A stretch of DNA of 60,086 nucleotides from Nitrospirota bacterium (GTDB lineage: Bacteria > Nitrospirota > Nitrospiria > JACQBZ01), in contig JACQBZ010000102.1 in assembly GCA_016194285.1 (NCBI GenBank), positions 1-60,086 of the forward strand, given 5' to 3'. The notes under the pieces were generated by a model. It saw nothing but the letters and a program-made list of their open reading frames with translations, made no database searches and had not been told where the DNA came from. Shown one piece after another: positions 59,173 through 60,086 of this stretch. The position numbers and the translations under genes were made by a program. Position 1 is the stretch's first letter; each line of letters opens with the position of its first letter.

Positions 59173-59948
59173 ATGTCTGAGTCTCATTTCGGATATCCAC
59201 GCACACTCCTTTTACTAATGACCAGTGTCGTTACAACGGCACTGGTTTTTCTTTTGACTACTCCTGCCTCGGCTGCGATTACAGGAACCGGAACCTGCGT
59301 TGGAATCACCAGCCCATTAACCGCAAATCTAACCTGCGTCGGCGATGTCTACGTTGACGGTGGTTCGACCTTAAATATTGGTAATGATACGGCCAATGTC
59401 ACCCTGGACGTCGGGAGCGGAACGGTCTGCGTCGGTTTCAGTGCAACGGCTCCCTGTAATACGCTTGCCGGTTCCGGGACAATCATCGTGGATCCGCCAA
59501 CGGCAACGGGAACATATGGTCGGATCGTGGCGACGAACATGGTGGTGGCCTCCGGCTCGGTGATCCAGACGAATGGGACGGGCTGTCCGGCGTCCCAGAG
59601 TTACGATGCGAGTATTCCGGGCTGTGCGAACAAGGGATCGGGAGCGACGGCGGGCTTTGGGGAGGGAAGCGATGCAACAACGAACAGTAGCGGAGGCGGT
59701 GGCGGCAGTTATGGCGGCGCGGGTGGTTCGGGCTATGTTGGCCATGCCGGTGGGAATGTCTACGGGAGTGTGGACTTAACGACGATACAGTTGGGCAGCG
59801 GGGGCGGGAATAACACCGTGGGCGTTGGCGTTGCCGGGGGAGCCGGGGGCGGGGCAATGCGGTTGGATGTATCGGGGACGCTGACGGTGGATGGGACGAT
59901 CAGTGCGAATGGGACGAATGGACTGACCGGGACTCCAGTGGGGTGCTC
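59173..59948 (+). pseudogene. Glycine-rich secreted/surface protein, apparently interrupted by an IS
   Basis: Signal peptide and GGGGGSYGG.GG, GSGGG and GGAGGGA...G.ISANG repeats. Composition changes abruptly at CTAG (59948) and a stop follows at 59976. Confidence 0.65.
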
Positions 59949-60086
59949 TAGTGCTCATGCAACTATTATTATCTAATAATATGTGCTATACTGGTTCCCA
60001 AAAGGAGGGACCCGTATGGCACGTTCCAGAAACATCGGCTTGCGCCGGTTGAAACCTGATGAACGAACGCTGCTCAAAAGAAAGCT
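59949..60086 (+). mobile_element. Left end of a putative IS630-family element (partial)
   Basis: TA followed by GTGCTCATGCAAC, an AT-rich promoter-like stretch, AAGGAGG RBS and an ORF from 60016 (MARSRNIGLRRLKPDERTLLKRK...) running off the window. Confidence 0.55.

Overview
Bacterial chromosomal window, GC-rich apart from a few AT-richer patches. Gene content and repeat style suggest a Nitrospirota-like organism (inference only). Most of it is housekeeping: glgX/glgB, nhaD, corA, rpmB, recG, ppx/gppA, cyclophilin, xerD, ilvA, LpoA-like, site-2 protease, trpS, lgt, scpAB, mtnB-like, Glu dehydrogenase, accA, dnaE, guaBA, RluB-like and aspS. The most unusual part is ~4.7-9.7 kb, a co-oriented minus-strand array of small accessory genes: DHFR-like, an orphan antitoxin with a destroyed toxin, rhombosortase plus its GlyGly-CTERM target, two lipoproteins, gene fragments and an ORF6N protein. 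These are separated by one intact-looking attC, several half or degenerate attC-like sites and a second GGGTCAG-type junction motif, and the array is headed by a duplicated attI-like repeat with no integrase nearby. Other features are a fluoride riboswitch driving an antiporter and a USP, four NrdR-like boxes in front of an unknown gene and scpAB rather than nrd genes, and a sigma-54-led carbon/fermentation island (POR with a GltD-PorD chimera, pfkA, gpmA, ppsA). Several dispersed palindromic repeat families are present, two of them inserted in frame in recG and mtnB, and an IS630-like element truncates a glycine-rich secreted protein at the right edge. No tRNA, rRNA or CRISPR array was seen. 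Start codons were adjusted by eye from the ORF track, and product calls come from motif recognition, not database searches.
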